A stretch of 63,612 nucleotides of DNA, the filler included, from Licmophora abbreviata (taxonomy: Eukaryota), in NCBI GenBank assembly GCA_900291995.1. It is 9 parts of 9 records of this genome, joined end to end, with 100 filler letters (N's around TTAATTAATTAA, not from the genome) between each part and the next. Parts side by side here need not be neighbours in the genome. Positions count along the whole stretch, not along the records: positions 48,049 to 61,777 come from OLMU01000263.1; positions 61,878 to 63,612 come from OLMU01000264.1; 7 more parts are not named here. One strand, written 5' to 3'. The notes beneath the pieces were generated by a model. That model was not told where the DNA came from. It saw only the letters and a list, made by a program, of their open reading frames with translations, and did no database searches. Each line of letters opens with the position of its first letter. The first letter of the stretch is position 1. The position numbers and the translations under genes are program-made. Shown in pieces: positions 59,802 to 63,612 of the stretch.

Positions 59802-62582
59802 ATGGCGGCCGAAGGAGAAGAGAACGGAGGCATTTCCTCCATGCTCCGCGAGGTGCAGGAGCTTGCCGATAAGTTCAAGGTCGAGGAAGATGAGCACTAC
59901 GTCTCGCCATACGCACAGCTTGACAAATCTCAGGTTCTGCAGGACTCTCGAATCTTTCATGACCCGACAGCCGTACGTGAAAACCCACGCAAGTGCTGTA
60001 CGGTGATTGCCCAGCTCCTGCATTTGCAGAATACTAGGCAGTTCTTGACGGGGCCTGAGGCCACGGAAGTATTCTTTGGAGTCACCAAGCTCTTCATGTC
60101 CGATGACGCCTCGTTGAGGCGTATGGTCTATCTCTTCATCAAGGAAGTTGCCGAGACCTGCGACCCAGACGATGTGATCATTGTCACGTCCTGTCTCACC
60201 AAGGACATGACTTGCGACGTCGATCTCTACCGCGGGAACGCGCTTCGTGTCTTGACCAGGATCGTCGATGCTGCCATGCTCGGGGCCATCGAACGCTACG
60301 TCAAGCAAGCCATAGTCGATTCTTCCGGACAAGTTTCTAGCTCCGCATTGGTGTCGGCATCGCATCTCTTCTCGTCCTCTCCCGAGTGCGCTGCCGTCGT
60401 GCGTCGATGGATCAGCGAAACAACGGAGGCGACGTCCAGCCCCAACGAGATGGTGCAGTTCCATGCTATGCAGCTGCTGTACCAGATCAAGTCCCACGAT
60501 CGACTCGGTGTATCCAAGCTCGTCACTCAGTACAGTCAGCGCAACACCCTCAAGTCGCCCCTTGCGCTTGTTCTCCTGGTGCGCTACACTGCCAAACTGC
60601 TTCATGACGAAGCTGATGAAGGCCGTGGTGGACAAGATGGATCGACCGTCTTCCGTTCAGGATACCAGTTCCTGGAAGCCAGCTTGAGACACAGGTCTGA
60701 GATTGTTGTCTACGAAGCGGCTCGTGCCATCTGCAACTTACCGAGTCTCGAACCGCAAGACTTGAGCGCTGCCATCTCCGTCTTGCAGCTCTTCTTGTCG
60801 TCGCCAAAGCCTGCTGCGCGCTTTGCCGCCATGCGAACCTTGGCTTCCGTCGCCAATGTCCACCCTCGCATCGTCGCCAAGTGCAACGAAGACCTCGAGG
60901 CTCTACTCGGCGATGCCAACCGCTCCATTGCCACCCTCGCTATTACCACGCTCCTCAAGACCGGCAGCGAGAACTCTGTCGATCGCCTACTTAAGCAAAT
61001 TTCTGCCTTCTTGACGGATATTGCCGACGAGTACAAGATCACCGTGGTGCGCAGTCTCCAGCAGCTCTGTCTCACCTACCCGTCCAAGCATCGCATTCTT
61101 GTGGGATTTCTATCCAACTTTTTGCGCGAGGAGGGTGGCTTCGATTTCAAGCGATCCATTGTTGCCAGCATTGTCTCCTTGATTCGTTCGGTTCCTGAAA
61201 CGACCGAGAGTTCCCTCTTGCATTTGTGCGAATTCATTGAAGACTGCGAGTTCACCATGCTTTCGACCCAGATCCTTCACTTGCTCGGCGAGCTCGGACC
61301 CACCACGTCTGCGCCAGCACGCTACATTCGGTTTATTTACAATCGTGTCATTCTGGAAAACTCTGCCGTCCGAGCCGCCGCCGTCTCAGCGCTCGCCAAG
61401 TTTGCTGCACAGTGTCCGTCGCTTCGCACGTCCATCATGACGCTGCTCAAGCGCAGTCTCGACGATGAAGATGACGAAACGCGTGATCGTGCTGCAATTG
61501 TCATTAGTGTTTTGGAAGAAGCCATGGCGGCCAACCCATACGTGGCGCCTCCCGAAGACGCCGAAGAGCTTCCCGCCGATGCTCCGGTGGATGGCGATAC
61601 GGCAGCCTATCTCTTGTTGGAGTCCATGCCAATGACATTTGAGAAGCTGGAACGTAGCGTCAAGGCGTACGCTGCGACTCCCATGTCCATGGATAGCGCC
61701 GAGGCTATTAGCTTCAGTGCCCTGCCCATCGTGGAGGACACCCCCGAAGAAATAATGGCCGCGACTAACGGCATCTCNNNNNNNNNNNNNNNNNNNNNNN
61801 NNNNNNNNNNNNNNNNNNNNNTTAATTAATTAANNNNNNNNNNNNNNNNNNNNNNNNNNNNNNNNNNNNNNNNNNNNTACGTAGTGCAGTGCATCAAGCA
61901 CATTTTCCCCAACCACGTTGTGCTGCAGTTTACCGTGCAGAATACGATCGAGGAACAGCGACTGGATAATGTGACTGTTGCAATCGACGACAGTGATTCG
62001 GAAGTATTCAACGTGTCCGGAGAAATCGCCGTCGACGGGATTACATACGGCGAGACGAAGAACTGCTTTACCATTCTGGAGCGCGACGCGGATGCTCCGT
62101 TGGCACCGAATACGTTTGCGTGCGAGCTTAAATTCAACGTCGTGCAGGTCGATCCTGTGTCCGGTGAAGAGGAGGGAGACTCGTTTGATGAGGAGTACCC
62201 GTTGGAGGACTTGGAAATTGCAACATCCGACTTTATGGCTAAGGTGTCGGTTCCGGACTTCCGAAAGGCTTGGGAAAATATCGGCAATGACAACGAGGTT
62301 CTGGAGAAATTCGCTCTGCAGTTCAAGAAGATGGACGACGCCGTGAGCGCGGTAATTGATTATCTGGGAATGCAGCCTTGCGATGGAACGGCCGTCGTCA
62401 ATTCGAGCGCTGCCGGCAAGCCGCACATGCTGCACATGAGTGGCGTATTTGTCAGCGGACAACAAGTGTTGAGTCGCGCGCAGATCGCCATGCAAGGAGA
62501 GAACGGTGGTGTCGTGCTCAAGATTGCAGTACGAAGCGACGACGCTGATGTGTCTCGTATGGTGGCTGACTGCATCAGGTAA
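59802..62582 (+). CDS. COPG: Coatomer subunit gamma, canonical copy (gap inside)
   Basis: VFFGVTKLF, IIVTSCLTKDM, LREEGGFDFKRSIV, HLCEFIEDCEF, YIRFIYNRVILEN, DDEDDETRDRA; appendage domain after the gap. Confidence 0.95.
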
Positions 62583-63612
62583 CTTTTGGATTTAGAACGG
62601 AGCTACACGACGTAAGACTCGGAAAGAGCCATTCGATTAAAAATTGACAAACACAAGTTGAATATAAACGGAAGTCACCTTGTAGCCTAGCTAGAAGCAG
62701 TAAACTCGATCTTACTCATGCACGCCTCTCGCTAGGGCTTTTGTCTTGACAAATTCAGAGCTCAATAGAAGCAACTTCTTTGACAAGAGTGTCCTTGATG
62801 CTCGTGGATGGACATTCGGAAGCGGTTTCCGACCAGCCGCCCAGAACTATCTTCCGAATCGCCAGCGGTCATGACTCGTCCACCTTGAGACGATGCCCAC
62901 CAAGAATGACTCGCTCTTCATGCCTCTTCAAACTGTACCCACCGTAGGGCTTGTCCATCGCCATCATCTCCCACAACAAAACGGCAAGGGCAAAAGAGTC
63001 GCTTGTGTAATTGTAAGGGAGGCCTTTTGTATGTTTCGGGCGCCATGTAGCGGATGGAACCAGTCTTGGCAGATAGCTTCCAGTTGCCGGCAGCCATCTC
63101 GTCCGAAGGGTGACGCTCTTTCGTTAGCCCGAAATCGGAATCTTGACATCCAAGATGTCGTACAAGAGATCTATCTTAAGAACATACTTCTTGTCAAACG
63201 GCGTTCCGGTGGTCAATAGCGGTGAGTAAGTGCGTTTCCGTCGCAAAGCGGTGGGGATCCTGAATGACATCCGGCCTCGAGTACTTGATTGCATAACGCG
63301 CGTCGCCGTTGGAGCGGAGAGTGTTCTCATGACGGCAATATCATAGTAGGTCTACCTCTAGTACTCCCAGGACAGGGCGACACCGATGAAATGGCTTTAC
63401 AGGTAGAACCATGACCATCTTCGCAATAAAAAAGGGCTGCACCGAAGAGCTTTCATTCGGACCATCTTCCGGTGATAGTGGAAATGGTACCTGTGATGAG
63501 GATGGCTTCAAAGCACGTTAAGGTGGATGTAGCTTATTCTTGAATGCGTTGTTAACCTGCAAGTCACATCCATGTGAATAAGAGCAGTGACCGACGCGCG
63601 ACGAGGAGCGGC

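Noticed and set aside
62780..63612. Short ORFs at the window end
   Set aside because: No recognisable domain or consistent exon chain

Overview
Gene-dense, intron-containing eukaryotic DNA, most likely a diatom. Evidence for that: short GT-AG introns, a single-domain EukCatA-type channel, an ASAFAP-like plastid presequence and an alveolate/stramenopile-type membrane cyclase. The window is a scaffold with eight artificial 100-nt spacers (N44-TTAATTAATTAA-N44). It holds about 30 protein genes: LSM5, a MYND protein, THOC3, a sulfotransferase, NOP56, RPL28/RPL15, a USP fragment, ThrE, DIM1, an EDR2-like protein, three glutathionyl-hydroquinone reductases, a DDHD lipase, TMEM184, a metallophosphoesterase, SUV3, ATG5, EukCatA, an LTN1 fragment, a membrane cyclase, APC11, FHIT, an MFS transporter, a DnaJ-lectin, an aspartic-protease-like protein and two gamma-COP genes. 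There is also one tRNA-Ser(AGA). Main points of interest: (1) a voltage-sensor-like membrane adenylyl cyclase lacking both metal-binding Asp, near a EukCatA channel; (2) two head-to-head paralog pairs (GHR x2 plus a third targeted copy, and canonical plus divergent gamma-COP); (3) an aspartic pseudo-protease; (4) a J-domain/bulb-lectin fusion; (5) five genes frameshifted at homopolymers, always by extra bases, probably sequencing error; (6) a shared 22-nt motif in divergent promoters. No mobile element or CRISPR array was recognised. All family calls come from motif recognition by eye, not database searches.
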